Both the position numbers and the translations under genes were made by a program. A stretch of 64,000 nt of DNA from Candidatus Velthaea sp. (GTDB lineage: Bacteria; Vulcanimicrobiota; Vulcanimicrobiia; Vulcanimicrobiales; Vulcanimicrobiaceae): contig CBDCCS010000003.1 in NCBI GenBank assembly GCA_965214935.1, positions 1 through 64,000 of the forward strand, given 5' to 3'. Shown here in pieces: positions 21,041 to 32,600 of the stretch; position 1 is the stretch's first letter, and every line of letters starts with the position of its first letter. The notes under the pieces were generated by a model. That model was not told the DNA's origin. It saw nothing but the letters and a program-made list of their open reading frames with translations, and did not search any database.

Positions 21041-22819
21041 TTAGGGCAGGGCGAATGCAAACAGCGTGTCGCCGCCGCGGTGCGTGAACTGCTCGAAGAC
21101 ATTCGAGCCGATCAGGATGTATTCGCGACCGTTGTAGCGGTAAGCGACGGCGGGCGAGTTGATGCTCGCGCTGCCCGAACCGATCGGCGATTCGGCGATA
21201 TGCCGGACGCGATGCCAAAAGTGCGTCGCCTTCGTGCGCGTGGCGTAGATGAATTGACCGCCCGCGTCGCGCAAATCAAACGGCGTAGCGAGTTCTTCGG
21301 CCGGACGAACTTGCCATAACACCTTACCCGTAGCGGCATCGTAGGCGCGAAAGACACCCGTATACTGCTCGCCCAAGAACACCAGACCCGGTGTCGAGAG
21401 GATGCCGCTGAAATCAACGCTCGGGACGCTCGTGCTCCAGCGCCGGCGACCCGAGTTTACGTCGATTGCCGACAGTGCATCGGAACCGATCTGCGTATCT
21501 TCGCTGCCGCCGCCCGTCCATTCGACGGAACCCGGACTCCACGGTTGCAGCGGCGTTGCGGACGTGCGCAACGTTTGCGGCTGAATGGTTGCGTCGACGT
21601 AGACGGATTGCGTCGCGCGGTCGAAGGCGACCGGTCCGAGCGCGCCGCCGAAATCGAGTTTTTGCCCGCCGGCCGACGGCGGATCGTAACGTAGTGTTTG
21701 CGCGGTGAATGAATCGGAGATTCGAATGAGCCTTCCGTTGCGCCGGTCGAGAATGTACAGCAATCCCGTCTTGCCGGCTTCGCCGACCGCCGGTACCACG
21801 GTGCCGGCGGCATCATGTGTATCGAACAGTACCGGCGGACTCGAGGCGTCAAAATCCCAAACGTCGTGCGGCGTTTCCTGGTAATACCATTTGAGCGTTC
21901 CGGAGCGCGCATCGAGCGCGACGATCGAATCGGTGTAGAGATTGTCGCCCGGGCGGCGATCGCCGCGAAATGCCGGCGCCGGATTGCCCGTCGACAAGTA
22001 GATCGTCGCTTCGCGAGCGTTGAGCGCCGGCGTCATCCAAACGGCGCCGCCGCCGTGTTTCCAGGCTTCGCTAAGATGCCTAGCCGACGCCCGTTCGGCG
22101 CGGATATTACGATGCAACGGCAAACCGTGCGCGGCTGCGGCATAGCGGCCTTCCCAGCCGCGGGACACCGTCCACCAACGCCACTTGAGCGTTCCGTCCC
22201 GCTGCGAGTACGCGCTAAACGAACCGCGGACGCCGAACTCGTTGCCGGAACTGCCGATGAACACCAGGCCGTTCCACGCCAGCGGCGCGGCTGTTTCGCT
22301 CAAACCATCGTGCGGATCGCCGATGCGTGTATTCCAGAGCGCTTTGCCGGTCTGCGCATCGAGCGCGATAATGTGCGCATCGAGCGTCGTGATGAACACG
22401 CGGCCGCCCGCAACGGCGACGCCGCGATTAACCGAAAAAATGTACGGCGCGGAGCTTACGCGAGGAACGTAGTGCCATTTGAGCTTGCCGGATGCTGCAT
22501 CGACGGCGAAAACGCCGTTATCCCTGCCGGTCGTGACGTAGACGACACCGTCTACGGCGATCGGCGTCGCCTCGAATGCGCCGGAGATTCCGGTGTTGAA
22601 TTTCCACGCAAGTTTTAACGAGCCGACGTTTGCCGGAGCGATGTCGTGCAAATCGGCATGTCGCGTATTGGCCAGTGAACCGCCGTACGTCGGCCACCAT
22701 CGGTCGGGCAAATGCGAAGCCGGCGCGTGCGCGCGATGGACCGGACCGGCGAGGTTGAGCAAAAACAGCGAGAGCCCGATCAACGGCGCAACGAGCGTAA
22801 CTTTTAAAAGCGCAGACAC
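21041..22819 (-). CDS. PQQ-dependent dehydrogenase (beta-propeller), secreted
   Basis: Signal peptide; WPTYGG, FEATPI, repeated A.DA.TGK.LW Trp-docking motifs, GNEFGVRG, TGNPAP and HDVWDFD. Confidence 0.85.
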   Translation of the reverse strand: MSALLKVTLVAPLIGLSLFLLNLAGPVHRAHAPASHLPDRWWPTYGGSLANTRHADLHDIAPANVGSLKLAWKFNTGISGAFEATPIAVDGVVYVTTGRDNGVFAVDAASGKLKWHYVPRVSSAPYIFSVNRGVAVAGGRVFITTLDAHIIALDAQTGKALWNTRIGDPHDGLSETAAPLAWNGLVFIGSSGNEFGVRGSFSAYSQRDGTLKWRWWTVSRGWEGRYAAAAHGLPLHRNIRAERASARHLSEAWKHGGGAVWMTPALNAREATIYLSTGNPAPAFRGDRRPGDNLYTDSIVALDARSGTLKWYYQETPHDVWDFDASSPPVLFDTHDAAGTVVPAVGEAGKTGLLYILDRRNGRLIRISDSFTAQTLRYDPPSAGGQKLDFGGALGPVAFDRATQSVYVDATIQPQTLRTSATPLQPWSPGSVEWTGGGSEDTQIGSDALSAIDVNSGRRRWSTSVPSVDFSGILSTPGLVFLGEQYTGVFRAYDAATGKVLWQVRPAEELATPFDLRDAGGQFIYATRTKATHFWHRVRHIAESPIGSGSASINSPAVAYRYNGREYILIGSNVFEQFTHRGGDTLFAFALP

Positions 22820-22965
22820 TCTTTGGTTTTGCTACGCTCGCGAAGCGGTCACTGGAGGCTTTTGACCTCGGGTGCCGCGACATCCGGTCAGAGCGCCACG
22901 GTGTGCGGTTCCTTCGAGCGCGGTCGAGGAGCCGCGTTGGTTCGCGCGCAACGCTGAACGTTCGG

Positions 22966-24213
22966 ATGGAGATTCAATCGCCGGCCGATCGAAGCGCGCG
23001 ACTTGTCCGGCAACGCGTCGACACGACGCGAGTCGCGGATTTGCCGGCAGCGCTCGCCGATGCATTCGCGCAAGCCGGTGCGCCCGAACGCATCACACCG
23101 GGCATGTCCGTTGCAATCACGGCCGGCAGCCGCGGCATCGATCGGATCGCCGAACTGCTCGCCGCCGTCGCCGCCGGCGTCCGGCGTTGCGGCGGCGTGC
23201 CGTTCATTACGACGGCAATGGGCTCTCACGGCGGTGCAACGGCCGCGGGGCAGCTCGACGTCTTAGCCGGCTACGGTATCACCGAAGCGCGAACCGGATG
23301 TGAAATCCGGTCCTCGATGGATGTCGTCGACCTCGGTGCAGCCGGCGGAACGCCGGTGTTCTGCGATCGTGAAGCCGCGCTTGCCGACGGTATCATCGTC
23401 GTCGGACGGGTCAAACCGCATTCGATTTTAACCGGCGAACTCGGCAGCGGCTTACTGAAGATGACGGCGATCGGTTTGGGTAATGCACGCGGTGCGGACG
23501 CGATCCATAGCGCCGGCGTGCAAGCACACCTCGTGCCCTGCGCGCTGCACGTGATCGAACGCGCACCGGTACTTTTTGGAATCGCGATCGCCGAGAACCC
23601 GCGCGATCAAATCGCGCTGCTGCGCGGCGTCGTGCCGGCAGCTTTCGTTGCGGCCGATCGCGACCTGCTCGACTACGTTCGGCGCAAATCTCCGGCGCTG
23701 CCGTTCGATCCGCTCGACGTTCTCGTCGTCGATGCGATCGGCAAGAATATCTCGGGCGCCGGAATGGATCCCAACGTCATCGGGATGTGGCGGCGCAACG
23801 GCGGTGCGCCGGATCGCCGCATCGCGCGCATCGTCGCACTCGATTTAACGGCCGAGTCGCACGGTAATGCCGTCGGCGTCGGCATGGCCGACATCATCAC
23901 CGAAAAACTCCGCGCTAAAATCGACTACCAGGCGATGTATACCAACGCGCTGACAAGCGATTTTCTCGCCGGGGCAAAGGTACCGTTGAGCGCCCGTACG
24001 GCTGCTGAGGCCATTGCTCTGGCGTGCCGGCCGTTCGCCCCCGAAGCGTTACGATTCGCGCGAATTCGCGATACGGCGCAACTCGAATACATGCTTGTTT
24101 CGCGCCCGCTGGTCGATGCGTTCGACGCTGCCGACGCGCTCGAAGTCGTCGCGGCCCAGTTTGACGTCAGGCTCGATGCGGACGGCGATATCTGGCACCG
24201 GCTCGGAATTTAG
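22966..24213 (+). CDS. Lactate-racemase (LarA/DUF2088)-like domain protein
   Basis: AITAGSRGI, AMGSHGGAT, RVKPH, KMTAIGLG, GKNISGAGMD and SHGNAVG motifs. Start estimated. Confidence 0.7.
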   Translation: MEIQSPADRSARLVRQRVDTTRVADLPAALADAFAQAGAPERITPGMSVAITAGSRGIDRIAELLAAVAAGVRRCGGVPFITTAMGSHGGATAAGQLDVLAGYGITEARTGCEIRSSMDVVDLGAAGGTPVFCDREAALADGIIVVGRVKPHSILTGELGSGLLKMTAIGLGNARGADAIHSAGVQAHLVPCALHVIERAPVLFGIAIAENPRDQIALLRGVVPAAFVAADRDLLDYVRRKSPALPFDPLDVLVVDAIGKNISGAGMDPNVIGMWRRNGGAPDRRIARIVALDLTAESHGNAVGVGMADIITEKLRAKIDYQAMYTNALTSDFLAGAKVPLSARTAAEAIALACRPFAPEALRFARIRDTAQLEYMLVSRPLVDAFDAADALEVVAAQFDVRLDADGDIWHRLGI

Positions 24214-24252
24214 TGCCGATGCATTCATCATCGCTCGGTCGGCACGAGACCT

Positions 24253-26361
24253 TTAGCGGCTACGGCGCTCGCGTGGCGGATTCTCGACGCGTACGTCGCT
24301 CGGGTGCGTTGCCTCGGGCCGGCCCGTATGTTGCGGCGGCCGAACGTTACGTGGCGACGTTTGGGTTGCATGCGGCGCGGCGTCCACGTTCGGATGCGAG
24401 CGGGGCTGGAACGTGCGCGGACCCGGTTCGCCGTCGGGCGGCGACGTCGTCCGGCTGCGGCGCATCGGCGGCTGTGCGGTATACGCAGGTCGCTGAACCG
24501 TGTACTGAGGATCGATTCGCGACCGGTCGGTCGGAACGGCGCGCCGCGGCTGCGCATACGCCGGTCCGCCGGTGGTGATCGTGACGTTGCCGTCGGTGGC
24601 GGCCCCCGAGCGTCGCGTCGTGCCGGTGATCGTTTCTACGGTTGGTTCTGCCGGCGTCTTTTTGAGCGGCGTAGCTTGGGTGGCGGCGTGAACCGGTGCG
24701 AGCGCGCGGCTTCGCTCGAACCGTGTCCACGGATCGCTCGGCGCGCCCGCGTGTTGCGGCGTTGCATACGACGGCACCGCAACAGCTTTGCGTTCGAGCG
24801 AAGCCGCCGCCGGCGTTGCGTGCTCGGTCGGTCGCGGTTCGAATGCATGCGCGGGAATGACCGGTGTCGTCTGCGCATCTTTGAAGTGCAGCGGCGTCAG
24901 TGGAGCGTGCGTTAGCGTCGCAAGACTCGTGCGCTGCTCGCTGAACGCCGTGCGCCGGACAACGGCATTGTCACCGGCAAACGAGCGCTGCACGAACGGC
25001 GTGCGAACGGTACGGGCTGCCGCACTTTCCGCAAAGCGCAGATTTGAGCTTGTCGGAACGACCGGGATCGCGCCGCGAAACACGCGTGCAGCGCTAAGTT
25101 CGGTCGCGTGCACCGGCGTGTTCCGTTCGAATCGTCCTTGCAGAAAACGTTGTGACGTAACGCTCGATACCGCATTATATTGCACGTTTTTGTAGACGTT
25201 CGCGTTCGTGACGTTGGTGACGTTCGTAATATTGGTGATATTCGTTACGTTGCCGTAACCGCTATGCCACCAGGGATGATACGCCTCGAACGGCGCAAGC
25301 GGCACCCAGCCGATGTTGCCGTAGCCCGGTCCGCCACCGAAACTCAGCGCTACGTCGCTGCCGCCGCCGAAACCGAAAAACGCAACGAGTGCCGGACGCC
25401 AGGGCGTGTACACGTGTTGTTGCGGCGGATACCAGCACCAGCCATAACTCGGACTGTGGTACCAGCTGCCGTAATGATACGGGGCCCAGCCCCATTGCTC
25501 CGCGGCAACCCAGGTCCAGCCATAACCCTCTTCCCACACCCAGCGTCCGTCACGATACGGCGCCCAATCGGCGCCGACTGCCGACGGGGTCCAGACTTGC
25601 CCGTACGAACCATCGTTGACCCAGCGTCCGTTTGCGCTAAGATCGTCGACGCCGTCAATATCGGCATTGACATATTGACTTGCCGCGAAGCTGCGCTCGT
25701 AACGACGGTCGCGTTGCGAATTAAAAGCATCGAACGCGTCGGGTTCAATTGCGGCGACGGTCTGTATCGACGGAGCGCTGGCGGCACCTTGCGCGATGAG
25801 CGTCGTGCCGGCGCCGGCGGTCTGCGAACCCTGGGGCGTGTCGATCTCCGCGTTGCCGCTGCGAACGGTAAGTTGCGTCCGTCCGTCCGCATCGACCGTA
25901 ATGCGATACGCACCGCGTGTTTGCGGTTTAATTGCAATCGACGGCGTGTCGATTTCGGTCGTACCGTCGGCGCGTGACGCGTGCAGTTCGATCGTTCCTT
26001 GCGCGAGTTGCAACGTGCGGTTGCCCGAATCGAGATGTGTGAAACGCACCTGCGCATCGGAGCTTAGCCGCAACTGTGTTGAACCATCGAATTGTACTTC
26101 GGAGCGCGACGCGTCGCCGGTGGTAAGATAATCGCCGCCCAGCACCGGGGCGTTGACGACGGCGGCGAGCGCGCCGGTTGCATCGCCGCGCTGGATATCG
26201 ACCGAGCCGTCGATGAGACTGATGCGCGCAACGCCGACGCCGTCGGCGGCAATCGAGTCGCTCTGCGCCGCGGCCGCGAATGAAGAGCTGAGGAGAAAGC
26301 TTATGACAAGGATCGGGATCGGGATCAGCGGCGCTAGCCGTTCGAATCGGGATGAGTGCAT
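24253..26361 (-). CDS. Secreted FecR-like + DUF6600-like protein with Pro/Arg-rich tail
   Basis: Signal peptide, VARIS...G.V FecR-like region, Trp/Gly-rich WAPYRDGRW..WGWAPYHYGSW block and a low-complexity C-terminus. Confidence 0.8.
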   Translation of the reverse strand: MHSSRFERLAPLIPIPILVISFLLSSSFAAAAQSDSIAADGVGVARISLIDGSVDIQRGDATGALAAVVNAPVLGGDYLTTGDASRSEVQFDGSTQLRLSSDAQVRFTHLDSGNRTLQLAQGTIELHASRADGTTEIDTPSIAIKPQTRGAYRITVDADGRTQLTVRSGNAEIDTPQGSQTAGAGTTLIAQGAASAPSIQTVAAIEPDAFDAFNSQRDRRYERSFAASQYVNADIDGVDDLSANGRWVNDGSYGQVWTPSAVGADWAPYRDGRWVWEEGYGWTWVAAEQWGWAPYHYGSWYHSPSYGWCWYPPQQHVYTPWRPALVAFFGFGGGSDVALSFGGGPGYGNIGWVPLAPFEAYHPWWHSGYGNVTNITNITNVTNVTNANVYKNVQYNAVSSVTSQRFLQGRFERNTPVHATELSAARVFRGAIPVVPTSSNLRFAESAAARTVRTPFVQRSFAGDNAVVRRTAFSEQRTSLATLTHAPLTPLHFKDAQTTPVIPAHAFEPRPTEHATPAAASLERKAVAVPSYATPQHAGAPSDPWTRFERSRALAPVHAATQATPLKKTPAEPTVETITGTTRRSGAATDGNVTITTGGPAYAQPRRAVPTDRSRIDPQYTVQRPAYTAQPPMRRSRTTSPPDGEPGPRTFQPRSHPNVDAAPHATQTSPRNVRPPQHTGRPEATHPSDVRVENPPRERRSR
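25207..25251 (-). repeat. Imperfect 9-bp in-frame tandem repeat encoding (N-V/I-T)x5
   Basis: Protein reads NVTNITNITNVTNVT within the DUF6600-like gene. Confidence 0.7.
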
Positions 26362-26486
26362 TGACTTGCCTCGGGAAAGAAGATATCCGCGAAACGAGGT
26401 GCTCGGCGAGCGGAGTTCCGCAGCTTGGTCGCCGTCGCGCCGAAAAGCCGAATTACCACGCGATCTTAATTTTTGCGGTGCGGCGG

Positions 26487-29400
26487 CTAACGGCGTACCG
26501 GCGACTCGAGTTGCGGCGACTCGCCGCGGCGGAGACCCGGCAACGGCCGAATGCCGTCGCCGGCGCGCGTCTGCGCGCTGAGCGCAACGTAAACGACGGG
26601 CACGAGCAGCAGCGTCAGCAGCAGCGAACTTGCAAGCCCGCCGATGACGACGGTGCCGAGCGAACGTTCCGCTTGCGCACCCGGATCGAGCGCTAACGCG
26701 AGCGGCAGCATACCGGCGATCATTGCAAGCGTCGTCATGACGATCGGGCGGAAGCGCTCGCGGGCGGCTTCGCGAATCGCAGCAACGCGATCCAAGCCCG
26801 CGCGGCGGCGCATACTTGCAAAATCGACCAGTAAAATACCGTTCTTGGTCACAAGTCCGATCAATAGCACTGAACCGATAAGTGAAAACAGATTGAGCGT
26901 TTGATGCGTGAGAGCCAGCGAACCGAGCGCACCGACCACCGCGACCGGAACGGCGAACATGATGATGAACGGCGTGCGATAGCTGTTATAGAGCGCGACC
27001 ATCAGCAAGTAGACTAAGAGGATCGAAAGCAATAACGCGATCGACATGCCGCTGACGGTCGAACCGACGGCTTGCGCATTGCCGCCGGCCGACGGTGCGA
27101 CGGTGATGTCGGCCGGCAAGTGCAGATCGGCGAGCCGCCGGGCAAAGTCGCGCTGCACGTTCGAGAGCACCGCGCCCGGTGCAAGGTTCGCACCGACATA
27201 AATGACTCCGGCACGGTTGATGCGCAAAATCATCGGCGGCGCCGGCGCTTGCACGAGATGCGCGATATCGCCGACATGCACAAGTGAACCGTTTGCTGCA
27301 CGAATCGGGATCGCAGCAATTGCTGCCAGCGACGTGCGATCGGCTTGACGGTAGATCACCAATACGTCTTTGAGCCCGTCCGCGCCGGTGAATTGCGTTG
27401 CCAAATCGCCGCCGAACGCAGCGCGAATCGCCGTCGATGCCGTTCCGATGCTTGTATCGAGGGCACGCGCGCGTTCGCGATCGAACGTAACGTTGAATTG
27501 CGGCGCATCGGCGGTCGCGGACGACGTCACGTCGATTGCCCCGGGCGTTGCCGCGAGGGCAGCGGCGACCCGAGCCGCGTATGTCTGCGGATCGCCGGTC
27601 CGGCTCGAAATAAGCTCGTCGATCGGCTGTGAGTTGCCGCCGGCGATATCGGTTGCCGGAATTGCAACGACGCCGGCTGCCGGCGCGATCGATCGCGCTT
27701 GAGCGCCCAACTGCGCCGCCCAATAAGCGGTCGTATGCGCGCGCGCGTCTTTGAGATACACGTCGATTTGGCCGACGGCACCGTTGTTGATGAAGCCGCT
27801 GAGCTGGCCGCGATAGGCGCCGGCCGTTGCCGCTTCGGCCCGAACGTCGGGCACGCGATTGACGGCGGCTTCGACCGCAACGATACCGCGGCGCGTTGTT
27901 TCGAGCGGCGTCCCGGGCGGATACGTCAAGGTAACGAAGATTTCACCGCGATCGACCGGTGGGATGTACTCGAATCCGACGAGACCCAGCGGAATGAGCG
28001 CGAATGCAGCGACGAGCGAGATGACCGAAACGAAAACGACTGCGCGCCCGTGGGCGAGAGCCCATGAAAGAACACCATCGGCATAGGAACGGCGCACGCG
28101 CTCGAAGCGGACGTTGAAAGCTTCGATGAGCGGCCATGGCCGCCAATGTGAAAATAGTGCCCAGCGACCGGCCAGTGCCGGTGTAACGGTGAACGAGACG
28201 AATAGCGACGTCAGCGTCGCCACGGTCACCACCAAGCCGAACTCGCGCAGAAATAAGCCGACCGATCCGGGTAAGAAAGAAATCGGCAGAAAGACGACGA
28301 CGTCGACGAGCGTGATCACGATTGCCGCGACGCCGATCTCCGCTCGGCCGCGGATCGCCGCATCGGCCGGCGCTTCCCCGTCGCGATGGTGGCGCTCGAC
28401 GTTTTCGAGGACGACGATCGAGTCATCGACGAGAATGCCGATAATGAGCGTCATTGCGAGCAGCGAAACGGTATCGAGCGTGAAATGCGCGAGCTGCATG
28501 ACGGCGAGCGTGACGAGCAGCGAAGCGGGAATCGCAATCATGACGACGATTGCATTGCGCCACGAACGTAAGAAGAGCAGCATGACGAGCCCGGTGAAAA
28601 CGATCGCTTCGAGCAGCGTACGCCCGACGCCCACGAGTTGCTGCTGCGTGTACGTCGATTGCACGTTGAGCACCGAGAATTGCACGTCGGGATAGGTGCG
28701 CTGCAAATCCGGCAAAGCTGCGAGCACGGCTTGCGACGTAGCAACCTCGCTGGTGCCGGCCGACTTTTGAATGTCGAGCGTTACGCACGGAGCGCCGCCC
28801 GAATAGGCATAGACGCGTTGCGTTTCATAACTGTCGCTGACGTCGGCGACGTCGCCGATACGAAATAACCGCGGCTGAGTCGTAAACGCATTGGTCGTTC
28901 CGGCGCTTGCGCTGCCGGTTCCGAGCAGCAAGTCGGCGACGGTCGGAACGTTTTGAATGTCGCCGCGAACGTCGAGATTCGTTTCGCGATTGGGCGCATA
29001 GAGAATTCCGCCCGGTGCGCGCACGTTGTTGCTGGTGATTGCGCTAACGATGTCGGTAAGCGTGAAACCCGACGAGGATAGTGTATCCGGGTGAACGTTG
29101 ACTTGAATCGACGGCGTCACCGTGCCGTTACCGACAACGTACGAGACACCCGGGATCTGTTCGAGCGCCGGCACGATCTTATTGATCGTCAGTGACGAAA
29201 GGTCGCCGGCTCCCAGCGATCGCGAGCGCAATGCGAGCGAGACGACGACGGCTTCGCTCGGATTGTACAGCGCGATTTGGGGTGCGGCGACGTCGTTGGG
29301 CAGCGCGTGCTGTGCGTTCTGCACGCGGCCCTGCACCTGAACGAGATCGTTATTTTGGTCGGAACTTAGCGCGAACACCGCAACGATCGAGGCTGCGCCC

Positions 29401-29657
29401 GGCTGGATCGACGTTTCGAGATGATCGAGGTTGGGCGCCCCGGCCAGTTGATCTTCGAGCGGCCGCACGATGGCATCGCGCATCTCGGTCGTCGATGCGC
29501 CCGGATAACTCAAGAGCACTTGAATCGACGGCACGTCCGAATTTGGAAACTGCTGCTGCACGAGCGAAAAGCCGGCGATCGAACCGGCCAGCACGACGAG
29601 CGCCAAGAAGACCGTCACGAGCGTCGGTCGCATAACGAACAGCCGGGTCAGAGACAT
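26487..29657 (-). CDS. RND efflux permease subunit (MdtB/C-like, second copy)
   Basis: GILVDDSIVVLEN, GLVTKNGILLVDF and RFRPIVMTT motifs. Confidence 0.95.
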   Translation of the reverse strand: MSLTRLFVMRPTLVTVFLALVVLAGSIAGFSLVQQQFPNSDVPSIQVLLSYPGASTTEMRDAIVRPLEDQLAGAPNLDHLETSIQPGAASIVAVFALSSDQNNDLVQVQGRVQNAQHALPNDVAAPQIALYNPSEAVVVSLALRSRSLGAGDLSSLTINKIVPALEQIPGVSYVVGNGTVTPSIQVNVHPDTLSSSGFTLTDIVSAITSNNVRAPGGILYAPNRETNLDVRGDIQNVPTVADLLLGTGSASAGTTNAFTTQPRLFRIGDVADVSDSYETQRVYAYSGGAPCVTLDIQKSAGTSEVATSQAVLAALPDLQRTYPDVQFSVLNVQSTYTQQQLVGVGRTLLEAIVFTGLVMLLFLRSWRNAIVVMIAIPASLLVTLAVMQLAHFTLDTVSLLAMTLIIGILVDDSIVVLENVERHHRDGEAPADAAIRGRAEIGVAAIVITLVDVVVFLPISFLPGSVGLFLREFGLVVTVATLTSLFVSFTVTPALAGRWALFSHWRPWPLIEAFNVRFERVRRSYADGVLSWALAHGRAVVFVSVISLVAAFALIPLGLVGFEYIPPVDRGEIFVTLTYPPGTPLETTRRGIVAVEAAVNRVPDVRAEAATAGAYRGQLSGFINNGAVGQIDVYLKDARAHTTAYWAAQLGAQARSIAPAAGVVAIPATDIAGGNSQPIDELISSRTGDPQTYAARVAAALAATPGAIDVTSSATADAPQFNVTFDRERARALDTSIGTASTAIRAAFGGDLATQFTGADGLKDVLVIYRQADRTSLAAIAAIPIRAANGSLVHVGDIAHLVQAPAPPMILRINRAGVIYVGANLAPGAVLSNVQRDFARRLADLHLPADITVAPSAGGNAQAVGSTVSGMSIALLLSILLVYLLMVALYNSYRTPFIIMFAVPVAVVGALGSLALTHQTLNLFSLIGSVLLIGLVTKNGILLVDFASMRRRAGLDRVAAIREAARERFRPIVMTTLAMIAGMLPLALALDPGAQAERSLGTVVIGGLASSLLLTLLLVPVVYVALSAQTRAGDGIRPLPGLRRGESPQLESPVRR

Positions 29658-32600
29658 TTAGTACGACTCCAGTGCGAGCGGTTCAACGCTGGTTGCCGCC
29701 GGCTGCGTTGTCGACGGCGGCGGCCCGGGAGCCAACCAGATGAAAATAACCGGGACGATTACAAGGGTCAGCACCAGCGAACTCGTCAATCCGCCGATGA
29801 CGACCGTGCCCAACGAGCGTTTGGCCGCAGAACCCGGATCGAGTGCAAGCGCGAGCGGCAGCATCCCCGCAATCATCGAGATGGTCGTCATCACGATCGG
29901 CCGAAAGCGTTCGCGCGCCGCAGCCTTGATCGCCGCTAGCTTCGCCTCACCGCCGTGAACTTTGAGCTGCGCGAAGTCGACTAGCAATATTCCGTTTTTG
30001 CTCACCAGACCGATGAGCATGACGACGCCGATGAGCGAAAACAAATTTAAGCTTTGACCCGTCACTGCCAGCGCGCCGAACGCGCCGATCGCCGCCACCG
30101 GAACGGCGAACATAATCACGAGCGGGGCGCGATAGGCATCGTATAGGGCCACCATGAGCAAATACACGAGCGAGAACGACAGGACGAGCGATACGCCGAG
30201 GCCGTTCACCGTTTGGGCCAAATTTTGCTGTTGCCCGCCGGCGCCGGTCCCGACGATGACCGTACTCGGAAGATGTAATGCCGCGACCCGGTCTCTGAAC
30301 GCTTGCTGTACGACGGAAAGCGCGGCGCCCGGTGCGACGTTTGCGCTGATGTGCACGACGGTCTGCCGGTTGTTGCGCGTGATCAGTGCCTCGGCCGGAT
30401 CGCTCTGCAACACCGCGACGTCGTCAAGATGTACGATCGCTCCGGTGCGCGAGCGCAACCGGATATCGCGCAACGCGGCCAGCCCCGTTTGATCGGCAAA
30501 CGGATACAATACTTGAACGTATTTCGTACCGTTGTCGCTGTCGAATTGAGTCGCCAACGTACCGCCGAATGCCGCTTTTACGGCCAGCGCAGCGGAGCCG
30601 ATGTCGAGATCGAGTGCGCGCGCGCGGTCGCGATTAAACTCAATATCGATCTGCGGCGCCAAGTTGAGCGCCGAGCTATTGACGTTCGCGGCACCCGGCG
30701 TATCTTCGAGCGTTTGCAGCACCGTTTGCGCGTACGCGTCGGGTTCGCCGCGCGTCGTGCTCACCGTGACATCGATCGGCTGCGCGTTCCCGCCGCGCGT
30801 CCCGGTCGCCGGGATCGCCACCACCCGCGCGGCCGGTACGAGCTTGTGGCCGATGCCGGTGATCTTACGCGCCGTGATATCGGTCGACGCCTTGCGATTC
30901 GGATCGAGGAAAACGCGCAGTTGTCCGTTCGAGCCGAGATTGATCGAACCGCCGAAACCGGCTTGCGACGTGCCGGACGTCGACGTGATCGTTTGCACGT
31001 CAGGCAATTGCAAGTACGCACCGGTAAGGCGGCGCACCGCGGCGTCGGTCGTGGCCAGCGGCGTACCGGTCGGAAATTGGATCGAAACGAAGATCTGGCC
31101 GCGATCGACCGACGGAATGAACTCAAAACCGATGTAACCCAGCGGGATGAGCGCGATGGCACCGGCGGTCAGCAGCAGCGAGAAACCGACGACCGTACGC
31201 GGATGCCGCAAAGCGCGCGTTAATATGCGCTCGCTGTAAAAGTCGCGCAGACGAGAAAATTGCGTGGTAAAGCCGGTGATGAATTTTGGCGCGCGCCAAT
31301 TCGAGAGCAACGACCAATTACCGGCCAGCGACGGCGTAACGGTAAACGACGTCACCAGTGACGTTAGCGTCGCGATCGTTACCACAATCCCGAATTCGCT
31401 TAAAAAGCGGCCGGTCTGACCGGGCAAAAATGCAATCGGCAGAAAAACTACGACGTCGACGAGCGTGATCACGACGGCCGCCGCCCCGATCTCCGAGCGG
31501 CCTAAGATTGCTGCAGTTCGCGGTGCTTCACCGTCTTCGAAGTGCCGCTCGACGTTTTCAAGCACGACGATCGAATCGTCGACGAGGATACCGATGATGA
31601 GCGTCATTGCCAGCAGCGAAACGGTGTCGATCGTGTAGCCCAGAATGCGCATGACGAAAAACGTGACGAAGAGCGAGGTCGGAATAGCGATCATGACGAC
31701 GAGCGCATTGCGCCACGAACGCAAGAAGAAGACCATGGTGATGCCGGTAAAAACAACGCCTTCGACGAGTGTCTGCAGCACGCCGTACAGTTGCGCCTTG
31801 GTATCGTCGGCTTGCACGTTGAGGACGTTGAAGGCAATGTCGGGATATTGCGCTTCGATTGCCGGCAGAGCCGCCAGCACCGCTTGCGATGAAGAGACTT
31901 CGCTCGCGCCGGTCGCCTTTTGTACGTTGAGCGTGATCGCGTACTTGCCGTTGACGTACGACGCGACGCGCTTGGGTTCGTACGTGTCGGTGACACGGGC
32001 GACGTCGCCGACGCGCGGTAGCCGTGCCGCCGTCGCGAACGGATCGGTCGCGGCTGCCGCCGCTCCGGCCGTTGCGCCGCCGCCCAACGCTAAAGCTTGA
32101 TTGGTCGAACCGCTGGCACCGGTGTATTTCTGGGTTAACGTGCCCGACGGCGACGTCGCGCCCGTCAGCACGGCGGTCGACCCGCTAACGAGCAGATCGG
32201 CAATCGATTGCGGCGTCTGCACGTCACCGCGAACGTCGAGCGTCGTCTCGCGATTGCCGAGGTAGGCGATGCCGCCCGGTGCCCGGACATTGTTCGACTG
32301 AATGGCGCTAACGACGTCGTTTGCCGTGAAGCCGAAACTCGATAATTTTTGGGGATCGACGGTCACTTCGAGCGCCGGCGTAACGGTGCCGCCCGCGCCG
32401 ACGTTCGAGATACCGTCGACTTGCTCGAGCGCCGGTACGATCGTATTGGTAACGATCGCCGACAGCCCGGCGAGACTTAGCGACGCCGATGTCAGCGACA
32501 ACGTAACGACCGTCGCCTGCGCCGGATCGAACGTACGGACCGAAGGTGCCGGTAAGTCGACCGGCAGCGTGCTGCGCGCCGTCTGAATGCGGTTTTGCAC

